From positions 19,654,001 through 19,718,000 of the forward strand of contig OZ116703.1 of NCBI GenBank assembly GCA_964199315.1: DNA of 64,000 nt. Direction: 5' to 3'. The notes under the pieces were generated by a model that made no database searches, was not told the origin of the DNA, and was given only the letters and a program-made list of their open reading frames with translations. Both the position numbers and the translations under genes were made by a program. The DNA comes from Orbicella franksi (taxonomy: Eukaryota). Below are positions 47,201 to 59,748 of this stretch, piece after piece; the first letter of the stretch is position 1; every line of letters starts with the position of its first letter.

Positions 47201-50200
47201 TTAAAGGCTTGAGTCATTTGCCCCTCGGAGGACCATAGGATAACTCTTTGTTTGGTAAGGGTGACCCTACCAGGATTGCATTTAGAGCAGCAAATTATTT
47301 TAACATTCAATTTTAGGAGAATGCCGAGAGTGAGATTCCTGGTGACCCTCTGTTAATCATTGGTCCTGACAAGATAGGGAAATGGCTGCAGGAGTACAAC
47401 AGCTGGTGTGAGGACATAGATTACCGGTGAGTTTCACGGGAATTTTAAGTCTTGAAAGTCTGACATAACCTTGTGCCTCATGTGGTCACTGGTAAGGACA
47501 ATGAGGGACTCACTGATGTTACCAGTTGGAGCTGACCAGGTATAGAAAAATATGTCAGTATCTTGACCTTGCATAATTTACTGATTGCCTCTAAACTAAT
47601 TAATAGCCATTATATTACTGGAAATAGGGATTGGGGGAGGCTACGAGGGCCTTAACTTTGCTCTTCTCATGCCTTTTACTCCTGGGCACACGCTTATAAT
47701 TTTTTAGTGGTTCGTACAATGTACCTCTTGGTGCTATATGCAAAATATCATGCAATATGCGAACTTTTCACTATTCCTTCCGGTTACCACGACAGTACTA
47801 GTGGGAATCGTATTTCACACCCTCTCTTCCCAAGTTCTCGTTTCCTCTTATCCTTCCTCCACAAATTTGTCTCAGATGATTTTAATTCAGGTAATAATAT
47901 GTTTTATTGGCAATCAAATGATTGTTGACAGGTTTGTGGACAGTAAGGAGTTAAACGTGCACAGAGATGAAGATTACTTCAATGTAAATACCCACCTAGA
48001 TGCAAAAGAGGTACATGTAAAATTTACCCTTAGGCAAATATTACCAACTACATGTACATGGCTCGCTCACATCATAAATATTTTTCTTGCAACATTGTGT
48101 GCTTTGCAATTATTATAAACCTTAGGGAAGTAAATTAGGGCATAAGTGAGGGTAGTTAACAAACTACTTAATACTCAACATAGATTTGCCAGATTTCGCT
48201 CTGCTCATAAAATAATTATACATATAGTTTATCTTTATGAAAATTTGTATTACAATGCATTTACAAGTGAATGTTGTCAGTTGAGGGAAAGGGTGACCAA
48301 ACATTGTTGCTAAGGAGAAGCATCTCCGACCCTCTATAGTCCCTCAGAGGTCCTCTATGGGACTCTGACATTAAGAGTGTCGACACTGATTACTAGATTA
48401 CTGATTATTTTGTTGATGTGGGTGCTACTGATGCTAATCATGACAGCAGTGATGACGACAACAGCATTTAGACTGATGGTGTTATTGAGATGATCAGGGT
48501 AAACTGTCTTACAGATTAATAACTGTTATTGCAAGTAAATTGTTTTTGAAACAGTACTTTGTCAATGTTAGGTTTTAACAGTTCCTGTAGATCACTGCCC
48601 TGAGGCCTATGGCTTGGTACTGAAACACCAGCGAGGCTGGAAGATTGTATACTCTGGTGATACACGCCCATGCGCAGCACTGATTGAGGCTGGTAAGGCA
48701 CTATACTGGAAAACAGTCAAAGCTGCTGGTAACAAGGTTATGATTTTTTGTGCTAAACTGAACCATCAATTTTGTCAGGTTTCTTTGGTGGTTTTGAATA
48801 GCTAACATTTTCACTGGCCGATACATTAATCTGGTTCAACCAATAATGAAAACCAGTTAGCAACAGCTAGCATTAGATTCTAAGTCCGGATGATAACAAA
48901 AGCTGCAAGATTTCTTAAGTCACAGAGATTATTAGGATGTAGAGGTGGTGAAAATACTGGTGTTTGACTGGGACTGAGTTATAGTCAGTACGCACTTACG
49001 TAAATCCTTTTCAATTTTTATTTCAGGAAAAGATGCTGACCTTCTTATTCATGAAGCCACTCTTGAAGATGAATTGAAAGCTGAAGCTGTTGCAAAAAAG
49101 CACAGGTTTGAACTTAAATAATTCACAAAGCAAGAGAAAAGTCAGTACTACTGAAAATATTAAAGGTGGCACGCATCCTTATATAGATTTAGAAATATTA
49201 AGATATTAATGAACAAATTGAATTTAAAAAATGTAATTATCAAATAAGGTATTCAATACTGAAATAAACAAATTGTAAAAAAATGTCACAACCCAGTATG
49301 GAATTTCCCTCAGGAAATTTTTGTTTAGTTTAGCAAAAACCCTTCACTCTGGACCTAACTCTAATTAGGAAGGGTATCCTTTTCTTCAATTAGTTTTGAT
49401 TCTCTCAACTTGTCATAAATTTTTGTTTTTATTTTCTTATTTATTTCAGTACAACTACAGAGGCAATTGAGAGTGGTGTGAAAATGGATGCAAAGTTTAT
49501 TATGTTAAATCATTTCAGTCAACGCTATCCCAAAATTCCTGTGTTCAGTGAGCAGTTTACTAAGTACACAGGGATTGCATTTGATCACATGAAGGTAAAA
49601 CTCAACAGGGTGCAGGGAAAACCAGTTTTTGGTATTATCTATGATAATGATGCACTTGCCTGTATGTTCTTCTCACTAATCTCCCCTTTCCTAGGAAACT
49701 TCTTATTACATTATAGACATGTAGAATGATTAATTGATTTTGAAAATTATTACTGGCAACAATCTTACCTCTTACATTGCTGCTGTGATTTGAATGTCCT
49801 TTTAAGCATCTAACCTTCCTTCCTTCCATCCTTCCTTCATTTCTTCCTTCACTTGCCCATTGGGTAAGCAAGGGACAGGAGCCACCAGTCTGGCTGCTGG
49901 GCTATTGGACACAACTGCATTTGCACACTGTATTAGAGGCTAGTTTTGAAGATCTAGAGCTGGCTCATAGCTCTTGATGCTCAAATAACTCTCGTCTCTG
50001 AAGGAGCACACCCCCATCCCACTCTGCCCCTCACCACTTTTGCAGCTGGTTACTCCCAAGCATTCCTGTCAGGCAACCCCAATAATTCTGTCTGCAGTAC
50101 CATTAATGCTCCTGAATGGAGAGGCACTATAATGATGGAGAGTATATTATGCAATATGTCTCGCCCAAAAGCACAACACAATAACCATAGCCTCCATCTC

Positions 50201-50473
50201 GCTCCATAAACACGTAAAATCAACTTGGCCAAATCCTGACAACTCTTCTTATGCTTGGTCCATAACCATATTTGCTCCATTATGGTGAGGCACTAATTGC
50301 TCAGTATATGTTTGCCTTGTATAATTTCCTCTTTTAGAATTTCTTTATGGTTTGACTATTTTTTGTTCATCTTCCAGATTCATTCAAGTAATTTTTCAAA
50401 GGTTCCTCAACTTCTGGGGCCGCTGAAGACTGTCTTTGCAGAGGAGCTTGAAGAAATGAGCAAACCCAAGTGA
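38284..50473 (+). CDS. ELAC2: Zinc phosphodiesterase ELAC2 / tRNase Z long form, 14 coding exons, 814 aa
   Basis: Phase-consistent exons: 38284-38453, 39169-39488, 41148-41404, 41612-41838, 42825-42969, 44115-44635, 46028-46166, 46645-46680, 47317-47426, 47932-48010, 48572-48692, 49027-49105, 49450-49594, 50378-50473 (2445 nt). Motifs [13 protein letters not shown]-motif exosite, [41 protein letters not shown] and LNHFSQRY. Confidence 0.96.
38638..38815. mobile_element. MITE with long TIRs in ELAC2 intron 1
   Basis: cctggcctatgaatgcaagcaaggctggaggtgacctt / gatcacctccagccttgcttgcattcctaggccagg. Confidence 0.75.
39634..39765. other. Assembly gap (132 N) in ELAC2 intron 2
   Basis: Run of n. 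Exon phases on both sides are compatible, so no exon needs to be missing. Confidence 0.99.
40968..41120. mobile_element. Degenerate hAT-like MITE
   Basis: ggggtggatcta... / aaaatcctgtgtctgtccc ends. Confidence 0.4.
43025..43314 (-). mobile_element. Full-length tRNA-derived SINE
   Basis: Minus-strand head ggaggtgcggtggcctcgtggttagtgcg (A box)...gggttcgagccc (B box), with a conserved core cacccaggtgtataaatgggtacc. Confidence 0.88.
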
Positions 50474-50591
50474 CACTGCTTTATGAATCAACACATCTTG
50501 AGTACTGACATTTGACAAACATGACATCTCATTTTTTATTGCTACTAATTATTGTTTATAAATTATTATTTATATTACTACTCCAATGAAA

Positions 50592-50597
50592 AATAAA
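50592..50597 (+). terminator. Likely ELAC2 polyadenylation signal
   Basis: AATAAA 119 nt after the stop, followed by GT-rich sequence. Confidence 0.55.
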
Positions 50598-50634
50598 GTT
50601 GTGTTGCACTGCTTCTTATCACAATCAAAATATT

Positions 50635-50640
50635 TTTATT
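50635..50640 (-). terminator. Candidate polyadenylation signal of the PIDD1-like gene
   Basis: tttatt on the plus strand, about 1 kb after the minus-strand stop; other candidates exist (e.g. near 50535). Confidence 0.35.
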
Positions 50641-51627
50641 TAACCTACAAAATGACATATCAACATGACAAGCAAACTATAGCTTTGTTTTTTATCCTTA
50701 CAATATACATCACAAAATTAATGGTTTCAATCGTCTCACAAAACAAGCCCAAGTTGGTTTAATTACTGGCAAGTGACTTTTTACATTTTGAATAAAAACT
50801 AACATACAAAAAAAATTACAATGAAAATAAAAATCTATGGTAATTGTCTATACATCTGTACATCATCCTGGTGCAATACTACTCTGACTTGCAGAAGAGT
50901 TTTGCAGAGACCAGCTCACAGGACAAAACATAAAAAGAAACAAAGTTGCTAAAGATAATAATCTGAACTGCATGTAAGTGTTGAGACTAACTCAACATGG
51001 TTGGAAAAAAAGTTTACCATGTTTAAAAAAGTTGCTGATGCCTTTTTTAAAATAAAATATGTTTTCAAAAATACATCTATCTATCTGTTAAGAATACTTT
51101 TACTTAAGTACATGAACTCGTGTCGGCTTTCTTGTGAGTAAGATGACATTCTATGATGCAAAGTGTGGTAGAGCAGACAACAATAACCTGATTGCATCTG
51201 TAACTTGGGCAGAAATTGCTACCAGAGAAAAAAATAAATAAAAATTTTCACTGATAAATGAAGGCATTTATTAGAAATGAGCTTTCATTGCTTGATGCAT
51301 GTTCAAAGTTTCAGAAAGACAAGTTCTCTTTAACTTCTGCCTGTTCACTTCAGGTTTACCATGTGCAGCTCTACTGTGATGGTTACTAGTCAGGTGAGCA
51401 TAAATAATCGATCTGAACTGGCTGATGACTATGTCCTTTTACATTTTACCAAACAGTGTTATTTCAAGAAATGACACTGACTTGGCCACTTGCAAATTCG
51501 ATTTAAGGAAAGTCATTACAAGAGCAAGAATCTACTTGTCTTTTCTGCGTAATACCAGGACCTCAATACACTACACAACACTGTAAGCATTATCACAATA
51601 AACAGTTTTCATCATGTAGGGCTGGCA

Positions 51628-54600
51628 TCAACCCATCTCAACAGCTAGACAGTATTGCCTTGCCACGTAACCAAGCCCAACTTTGCATAGTGCAGATGAT
51701 AGATTATTCAGACTGCATCGACCTGGATAAAGATCACGCCATGCTATGAGAACCTGGTATGTCTTCTCCTGCAAGCCATCCTGTCTCATGCTACAGTCAT
51801 GCTCTATTTCCTGGATTTTGCTGTCACCAACACCCAACACTCGACCAAGCTGTTTCCATTTCCCATTTCCAATATTTTGTGCAAGTTCCTGAAACTTTTC
51901 TTCCCAGTTGACTGGCTCTTGAAGTCGACGTTTGCGAGCATTCTTCTTAACACAGGGGCACATTCTGGGTTCCATTTCTGTTGGAATGACAACACGTTGC
52001 AATCAGTTCAACAGGGTGGCTCTTGCCAGAAACATGCACAAGGGATGAAGAAATTTTAACTGAAAACCTTCCTGCACAGGAATAGGAGGTGCAGTGGCCT
52101 AATAGTTAATGTGCTGAACTATACATCACGTGGTTCAGGTTTAAGCCCTAACCATGCTCATTGTATTGTGTTGTTGGGCAAGAAACAGTGTCTCTCCACC
52201 AAGGTGTATTATAAATGGGTACGGCAAATTTAATGCTGGCGGTAACAAATATGTGATATTGATGGACTAGCATCCCATCCACGGAGAGTATAAATACATG
52301 TACTCCAACAGTGTAAGATTACTTGGCTTGATGCAGACCTTTACAGGAAGTTTAACAATCTGATGGGCCCTTGCTCACTTATGCACGACCTTTTACATGC
52401 AAATAAACCCAAACCATGGAAGCACACGTCATGTCATGCAGAGAAAGAATTGATATATCTTGGTTCTCGCTCTTAAAGATCTAAGAGCTTGTTTACTTGG
52501 GCTAGTTGTTGCCACACCTGTTACAAACTCTCACCCGATTTATCCTCATCCATCCTTGTTGATCCACTTCTGCTCAGCATTTGCTGTCTTGTCATGTTCC
52601 CTGGGGTTCCAGTTTTGTACAGAGCAGTGATAAACTGATGTGGCATTCCTCCACGGCGTTTGTAGTCTGCAATAACTGCTGCTATGGGATTGTCATTGCA
52701 GTTGAAGTTGCCAATCTCTCTCGGAGTATATCCAAGATTTTCTGCCACTTCATGCCACACCTCATCACCCATGTCTTTCTCAGCCTTGATGCTCAACAGA
52801 GCTGTGAGTTCTTTGGTAAGCTGCACTTCCCAGTCCATAGATGCATCAACAGCATCACCATCACGAGGCTGTGGTTAAGGATTACGGGGCAAGTTAGTTA
52901 CCTTGACGACAAACATTAAATGTTATCTGGAACATTGAAGTGGCCCTAAGAGGGGTCATGAGGTGTGGAATATTTTCAGTTCCACCAATTTTTTTACCAG
53001 TATTTTTCTTTTTATCAATCATTAATTAGCACCAGGCATGGAAATTAGCACTCGCTTTAATTTTTGCGCATGTATTAATTATTGTACATTTTGTGGTGCA
53101 TTTCTTAAGTGGCCTGCCCAGATTGTGGGTATTACCTATCAAAATGAAGTTTCCATTTCCGTCTACATTTTAAAATGCTCCAGGTAACTTTTTTATGTCA
53201 GCAGATATTTCCCAATATCCTGGAGAACCTGGAATTTAATCTTAAGCAAATTTAAGAAGTACATGTATGTAATGCACTTTAAAATATTTTTATGGGACAA
53301 ACCTTATTTAAGAGAAATGACAGAATTGGCTGGCTTCCTCCATACTGAGAAGGTTGCTCCACAAAAACACTTCCAAAGTTCCCACAAGGAGCTTCATCCA
53401 AAAACTGACATCCAAACTGAATCACAAATGGGCGACCTGTGAAATTCTCTACAGCGGCAAGTTCCTTCACCCCAATTGAAGTGTCAGCTTTGAAATGATT
53501 TGACTCCAACCTGAAAATAGAGGAAAAGATTGAAAAAACATGGGGAATCTTTAAAAGTAAGAATCTTTAAAAGCTGGAAACTTTAAAAGTGGGAACCTTT
53601 AGTGACTCGTTGGCAATAAGTAATGATTCATGCAACCTCATGTAGCAATGCATCAAAATTGCAAGACTTCAGTGTAGTAGCTCAGTCAGCAACTTGCTCT
53701 GTGTAACAGGATACCCTGGTTAAAGTCTTACTAATAATGATAATAAAATATTGTCATTGAAAACATCCTTAACATATGTCCATAATATTCATTTGATTTT
53801 AAAATAATTTCCAAGGCTTAAAAAGGTTAAAAATTAAAAGACATTGAATGTTTTAACACTAGGTCATCGTCAGGGTAAGTGATGACCCTGATGATGACCT
53901 CGTGTCGAAAATGTTCAGCATTTTTTACTTTTTAACTTTTTTTAGCCTTGTAAATAGAAATTATCTTTAGCATAATTAGACAGTTTTACCTGATCTGCAA
54001 CTTTCCTGTTCGTAGCATCTTTGGTGCAATGCATTTACCAACAAGAATAGGGAAGTTGCCAATGCCTTCCAGAGGCTTGCCAAATCTGTAGCACACTATG
54101 CAGATGCCAAATCTTGAGCCACACTCGCTCACCTCTGACATCAACGCTTGGAAAGAGACATTAAACTGAAACACTGGAATGATGCTGGAAGCACCAAGCT
54201 TTGCTTCCCACAGAATAGAATCAATGATGTTCCACAACACTCTGAAGAAAGAAAAATGTTCCACAGAAAAGTACACAGAGCACAGGTTGTCGTTGTCATT
54301 ATCAATGTGCATAAACTTAGGCTGGAACTGCTGCCACTCCAGATCTTCATCTTCCATAGTCGAACTACACCAGAATGTGAGTTGCCTGTCTCCATACCTC
54401 TCCTGGATTTCTTTACCATCTGGTAATGGAAGACGCACTGTCACAAAGTCAGTAGAATGAGGATTGAAGGTGCAACCATGAGGTCCCAACTGGACAACTG
54501 GCGTAGCAAGACCAAATGCTTCAGGGTCTGAATGATCAACATCATAAGGCTCATCTGCATAGAGAACCTTGACAGACGCTTCAATATCATGAAGCAGTGA

Positions 54601-56337
54601 AGTCTCTGGAAAAAGAACTTCCACTCCTGGAACTTCAGGGACGTAAAGACATCCACCCACCCCAGCTCTTATGGTCTTACGAGCTTCAGGGTATCCTTTG
54701 GTCACAACAATAGCAAAGAGACTGAAATGGTAGGCTCTAATTTCCACATGGGAAGTGAAGATGTTGTAGTCTTCTGGGTTCAGTCTTTCCCATCTTGTCC
54801 TCTGCCCCATGCCTGTGTTACTGCACAAACAAGTAACACAGTCATTTCTTCCAACTTTAACATCATAGGGTAAACTTATGATGGCTGGATCATCTGTGTA
54901 AAACTTTGCCCCATGTGGTGCCATCTCTATCACCTCACTTGCCAGCACTTGCCGATTACTTAGTTTAGGATAGAATGACACGTTCTCAATGACTTCGAGA
55001 GTAAACTCTGACTGCACATGACCAGAAAGGTTTTCCTCTGGAATGATGACACAGATGTCTCCAAGAGTTATGTGTCTGCATCGATCAGTGACTGACTCCA
55101 AGTCAGAGTCGTTTCCATAGCAATCATTGTCAGAGATGTCACTCAAACATGAGCTGTCACTGTCACTGGACAGATTCTTCTGCCTTGGAACTCCACACAT
55201 GTTGTTGTTCATAGCATCATCTATCAATGACTGATAACTCAAAAATGAATCTCTCCTTTCCAGAGGAAAGTGCTCTCTAATTCCAACACTCTCTGTGAAC
55301 GATGAACAAGTTCCATACTCACTGGTAGTCATGCGCCTACCTCGTCTTCCTCTAAGGTTCTCTAAATCAAGGCTAAAATCCAATCTTCTTCTTGGAAAAA
55401 GAAAAGGTTCTGGTTGATGCTGGTTCTTCATTTGACGAAGACATTCAATGTGTAGTTTTCTAAGCCTTTGCCTCTGAAGAATCTTATTTGTCTGTTCTTG
55501 TATAAGGTGCAGTCCACTTTGGTGTGATTCTTCTAAACCCGAAACTACATGCTTATGTTGTGCCAAATATTCACCTGGTGAAGTTTCTACAGGCAAAGAC
55601 TCCGCATTCAGGAAGTTTTTAGATGGTGTCAACGGTGAACAAGGAGACCTCTGTTCACATGAATTTTGAGGATCAGTTTGAGATGACAAGCCTAAGTCAT
55701 GATCACACTTTTGTCCGTCAAGAAGTTTTGAACGCAACTGAACTTTGTACAAACTTTTTCTCGTAGGAGATAACAGCATGATATTTGTGTTAGAGCCCTC
55801 ATTATCAACTGCTTTAGAGGCTGGTAATCTAAAATACTTGCGAATTTCATCTAGTCCTTGAAGGTAGACATCTCTGGGAATGTTTTCAATAAGATTGTGA
55901 ATGAGGTACAAGTGGCGAAGATGTGGTAAGAGAAAGACCCAGAGGGGTACAATCTCCACCAAGTTCCCTGAAAAATTAAGCCATTCAAGTTTACAAAGTT
56001 TGGAAATACAAAACGGAACTTCTTGGAAACTGTTATGCACTAGATCAAGTTTCTTCAAGTTTGGCAAAGCCCCAAGTTCTTTTGGAAAATCTTTGAGGTC
56101 ATTGTGGCCAACGTAAAGCTCCTCCAAATAAGCCAAGTGGCAAATACAACCCGGCAGTGACTGAAGGCCATTACAGCTCAGATCTAAAACTCTCAAGTTA
56201 TGCACAAGAGGCTTGCAAAATACTTCTCGAGGTACACTTGTGATGTTCAGACCACGGAGATCTAAGAAGCTCTGGCATGATTTGGTAGCTCTTTGCAAGA
56301 TCTTTTCCTTTTCCTTGAGCCCAGAAGGACTTTGCAT
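51628..56337 (-). CDS. PIDD1-like: PIDD1-like LRR-ZU5-ZU5-UPA protein with two death domains, 4 coding exons, 1079 aa
   Basis: Exons 53990-56337, 53303-53510, 52535-52868, 51628-51977 (3240 nt, phases consistent). N-terminal LxxLxLxxN repeats; two ZU5 domains each ending in HFS (54721-54729, 54250-54258); death folds WHEVAENLGY...P and WKQLGRVLGV...LIAW. Confidence 0.88.
52085..52343 (+). mobile_element. Degenerate tRNA-derived SINE in the last intron of the PIDD1-like gene
   Basis: ggaggtgcagtggcctaatagtta...ccaaggtgtattataaatgggtac...gatggactagcatcccatcc; same family as 43025-43314. Confidence 0.8.
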
Positions 56338-57294
56338 TTTCCCTACATGGCGGGAAAGATTTCAGCTGCAAACAAAAATATAGTGACAGTAGATAGATCC
56401 TTCAGTTGGAGCAACCGATGTAATAACGTTGCCAATCAAAGTTTTGACTAACTGATTTTTGACATTTGCTTTATCAAACAGAAAAATATCAAAGTGTAAA
56501 AATTAATACCAAATTAAAATTAAGGAATGGATTTTGGATACAGAAACAAATACTAAGTAATGACCGATTTACGTGATGGCCATGTGTGCTAACATTAAAT
56601 CGAATCAATTTGATCGATCAAGCGTGGGATATTTGCCGCGTTACACAGAAGACTAGTAGACAAGTACAATTTTTAAAGTTCTCTTCGATCGATAAGGATA
56701 GAACTGAACGTAAAACAGAGAGTTAGAACATTTATAGGTTAAAATATCACGATAAAAGAAGAAGTAGAATTTACGATACTGCGGGGATTTCAACGGAACT
56801 TCAAGCTCGAGTGACTTGTTTATTTGTTTTGGCGAAAGATAAGCTTTGCTAATTGAGGAGCTACAAACTTTCAACTCCACTACAAGTGAAACAGTTATAC
56901 TTATGCTTCGGTACAAGGAACTACTGCTTAAGTAATCATCCGCTATTTGCAAAATAACAAAAACAAATTGAGTAAAATGGGAGTGATAATTAGCTAAATG
57001 GGCTTCAGTTTATAAAAGAGTGCTGTCAATGTACGCTTAGTGCTTTGAGCTTCATATTAAAATTTTGACTTGAATTTTCCCAACACTGTCGATCTTCTAT
57101 CGCTCAGTGGTTTGTCCACTACATTAAAAATAATTCATACCTGGATTTTTCATGTTCAAACTTAAAGAAAATGGTGTCGCGTTACAAACAACATCCACAC
57201 TTCGGGCCACACGATCCACACTTCTCGTCTCGCAGTCTTTTGACTTTTTGGCGTGCCAAGCCTGGGCACGCGCAAAACCGAACAATGGGTCAAT

Positions 57295-57308
57295 GTTGTT
57301 ATGGAAAC
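57295..57308. promoter_or_regulatory. RFX X-box near the inferred TSS of the PIDD1-like gene
   Basis: Minus strand GTTTCCATAACAAC matches the X-box consensus, about 150 bp upstream of the inferred first-exon donor at 57141 (ccag|gtatga). Confidence 0.45.
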
Positions 57309-58251
57309 GGACTATTGTTTGTAGTGAGGTGCGTCCACGTGTTTTATTTCCATTGAATTGAGGAATGGCTGCTGTTTCCAGTAAATTCTAAAATTGGTTA
57401 CAAGTAAATTGACAATGAAAATAAAAGATGTACAGCTCGATTGCCGGTCAACTCGTTTTTGAGGACACCATTTGGTGTGCGACAGCGAGAGTCCGCAAAA
57501 GCGGGGTGTGATAAAAATGACTCGATTTTTGGTTTTAATGATGAGATGTACACTGCTATACCATTTCAATATCGCCAGTTTCTTTACTTTGACACAATAA
57601 TATTAGTTTGGGACCACATGACATGAAGTGTCCAAAATTCTATAATAACGGTAGTCCCTCATTGAGGCAGCTTTCTCTAATACATCTCATTGTAGTTTCG
57701 CCCCGGTGGATGCAGCTTCCGTCGGGAGGACGGGGTGTTTGACGGGGTGTCTGCGAGGGGAGAGTTGACTGTACGTCCATTAAGCTCCTGTTACCAATTC
57801 CAGAAAATTATAAAATTGCTTTAATTCACAATGCAAATAAAACTGTACAATTTTGAAATTCGCTCAAAGTCAAGAATTTCTCTAACAACAGAAATTCCTT
57901 AAACTCACGAAACTCCATTGAACCAAGACGTCTCTGACATTTATTGGGCTGCCCTACCGTTCGACTTGCCACAAGTCGACCTCATGTGTTTCAGTGTAGA
58001 ATAGCTAAAAGCTAGCTAAACGAGCGAAGCGAGCTCCGATGTTTCAGGCCGCGATGCGCCCGTGCGATTGCCTGCGTTGCAGCCGGACGTGTCACAAAAT
58101 CCCCAGTATAGGTCTGTTTGGACTGTCTGTGACGCAGGCTACCGTGCGAAGGTCGCGAAGCGGCCAAGCGAGGAACGAGGTCATGAATGCACAAGACGAA
58201 GGACTTTTCTGAAAGTATACCCTACCGTTAGATTAAACAAAATGGCTCCAC

Positions 58252-58374
58252 CTACCTTGCGAAACAGAGATTCCCTTCTCGTTCTGCTCGGTGAGAAACG
58301 TGGGGGAACCTCTAAGATTCCCTCTCGTCTCTCACCGAGCAGAAATACAAGGGAATCTCTGTCTCGCAGGGTAG
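58252..58374. mobile_element. 123-bp hairpin MITE with 7-bp TSD
   Basis: TIR ctaccttgcgaaacagagattccctt / aagggaatctctgtctcgcagggtag; gctccac duplicated at 58245-58251 and 58375-58381. Confidence 0.82.
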
Positions 58375-58684
58375 GCTCCACCATAACTAAAGTAAGTTTG
58401 TTAACACGCGGGTTGGGCCGATTGACCTTAAGTTGCAACACGGAGAGAGAAATGAACTGAAATTGATGGCTCTGTAAATTCCGGCCGGGTTACTTAATTA
58501 ACAGCAACCCGAGTTATGTTTCTGTGGATTTCTCACGGCAGTTGTAAGCCAGAGCCTAAGTTACAACATCTGGCCAATTACAACCAAAAGACTGTTCCTA
58601 TCAGAATTCGACGGAAAAAATTCGCGCTGAGCGCGGGAGATTTAAACGCGCGCAAGGCAAATACAGCTAGACACGATTGGCCAA

Positions 58685-59080
58685 GACTGGTTTTCCCTGG
58701 CGACGCAGTCGGAGTCGTAAAAGAGCTTTCGACCTAGTGAAACCGAAAATCGGATTCGTAAGCGGATTCATAAGCTCGACGGAATTGGAGTCGGAAGAAT
58801 CAGAATGTTTCCATTTCTTCCGATTCCGTTCACGACTCCCTCGCTTATGACCCAGTGAAAACTAGATTGTCGGAGTCGGAAACAGAAACCAAAAAAACAA
58901 TCACAAGGCCTGAAACCGATCATTGTGATTGGTTTATTCCTTCGTGTCTGCTTTGACTCCGACAATGTAGTTTTCACTAGATCGTAAGCGATGAAATCAT
59001 AGGCGGAATGGGTGTTCTGATTCTGACTCCGTCGTTTTCATTTTCACCACATCGTATCGCCGTCGCTAGTGAAAACAGCC
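58685..59080. mobile_element. Harbinger-like MITE (ggagtcgga-repeat family)
   Basis: Ends gactggttttccctggcgacg / cgtcgctagtgaaaacagcc, with internal ggagtcg repeats. Confidence 0.7.
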
Positions 59081-59368
59081 TTTAAAAAACACGTCTGCTC
59101 TGATTGGTAAGAAAATGATAAGCAGCTGGATGCTCAATAAATGAAAGAGCAAAGGAGGAGTTAATTGAAAACTGCTCTGAAGAAGAACTGACTTCAGGAT
59201 GTTTGCTCAAAGCTCAAGTTTAATCAACTCAAGAAATGATCCGTGATTGGTCGAATAAAAAGTTCTCTTTATGGCATCTCAATATATATAGCAATTTGAA
59301 TTTCTCCTGCAACAAGATGTTAGCCATCGCTTGTCACCTTCTCTTCCTAACAGCTTATCAGCCATTCC

Positions 59369-59748
59369 CAGTTAAGGGGGTACTCCCATGTTAGAGGGTG
59401 GGGTGGTATGCTTGTCACAAAATTTCAATTCACGTCTTATATAGGGTTAGCTTTTTTAACCGCGTCCTGAAGGGTCCATTCCAAACCAGACAAAAAAAAA
59501 CTTTTTGTGAACCCTATCGATCGAAAACCGTTAACACAGTTTGAAGGCGTTTGATATTTCTTCGCATGCAACCCTAAAACATGCTAAAAGATGTTTTGTT
59601 TGATAACATTGGCGTTCAGTTTCGGTTTCTGTGAACATCTCATGTGATACCAAATACTCGTTTACATCACAAAAAGAGGCGACGAGCATCCTAACTCCTT
59701 TAACACGAGAGCCCTCCTCCTCCCGCGCTCCCATTATTTGTCTAAAAT
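59369..59748. mobile_element. Degenerate EnSpm-like MITE
   Basis: gggggtactcccatgttagagggt..gtatgcttgtc / gacgagcatcctaactcctttaacacgagagccc ends. Confidence 0.45.

Noticed and set aside
56645-56670. p53 response element for the PIDD1-like gene (agactagtagacaagtac)
   Set aside because: Half-sites overlap and carry mismatches; not a canonical RRRCWWGYYY pair.
58062-58460. Overlapping ORFs on both strands
   Set aside because: Explained by the GC-richer palindromic MITE at 58252-58374; no protein-like features.
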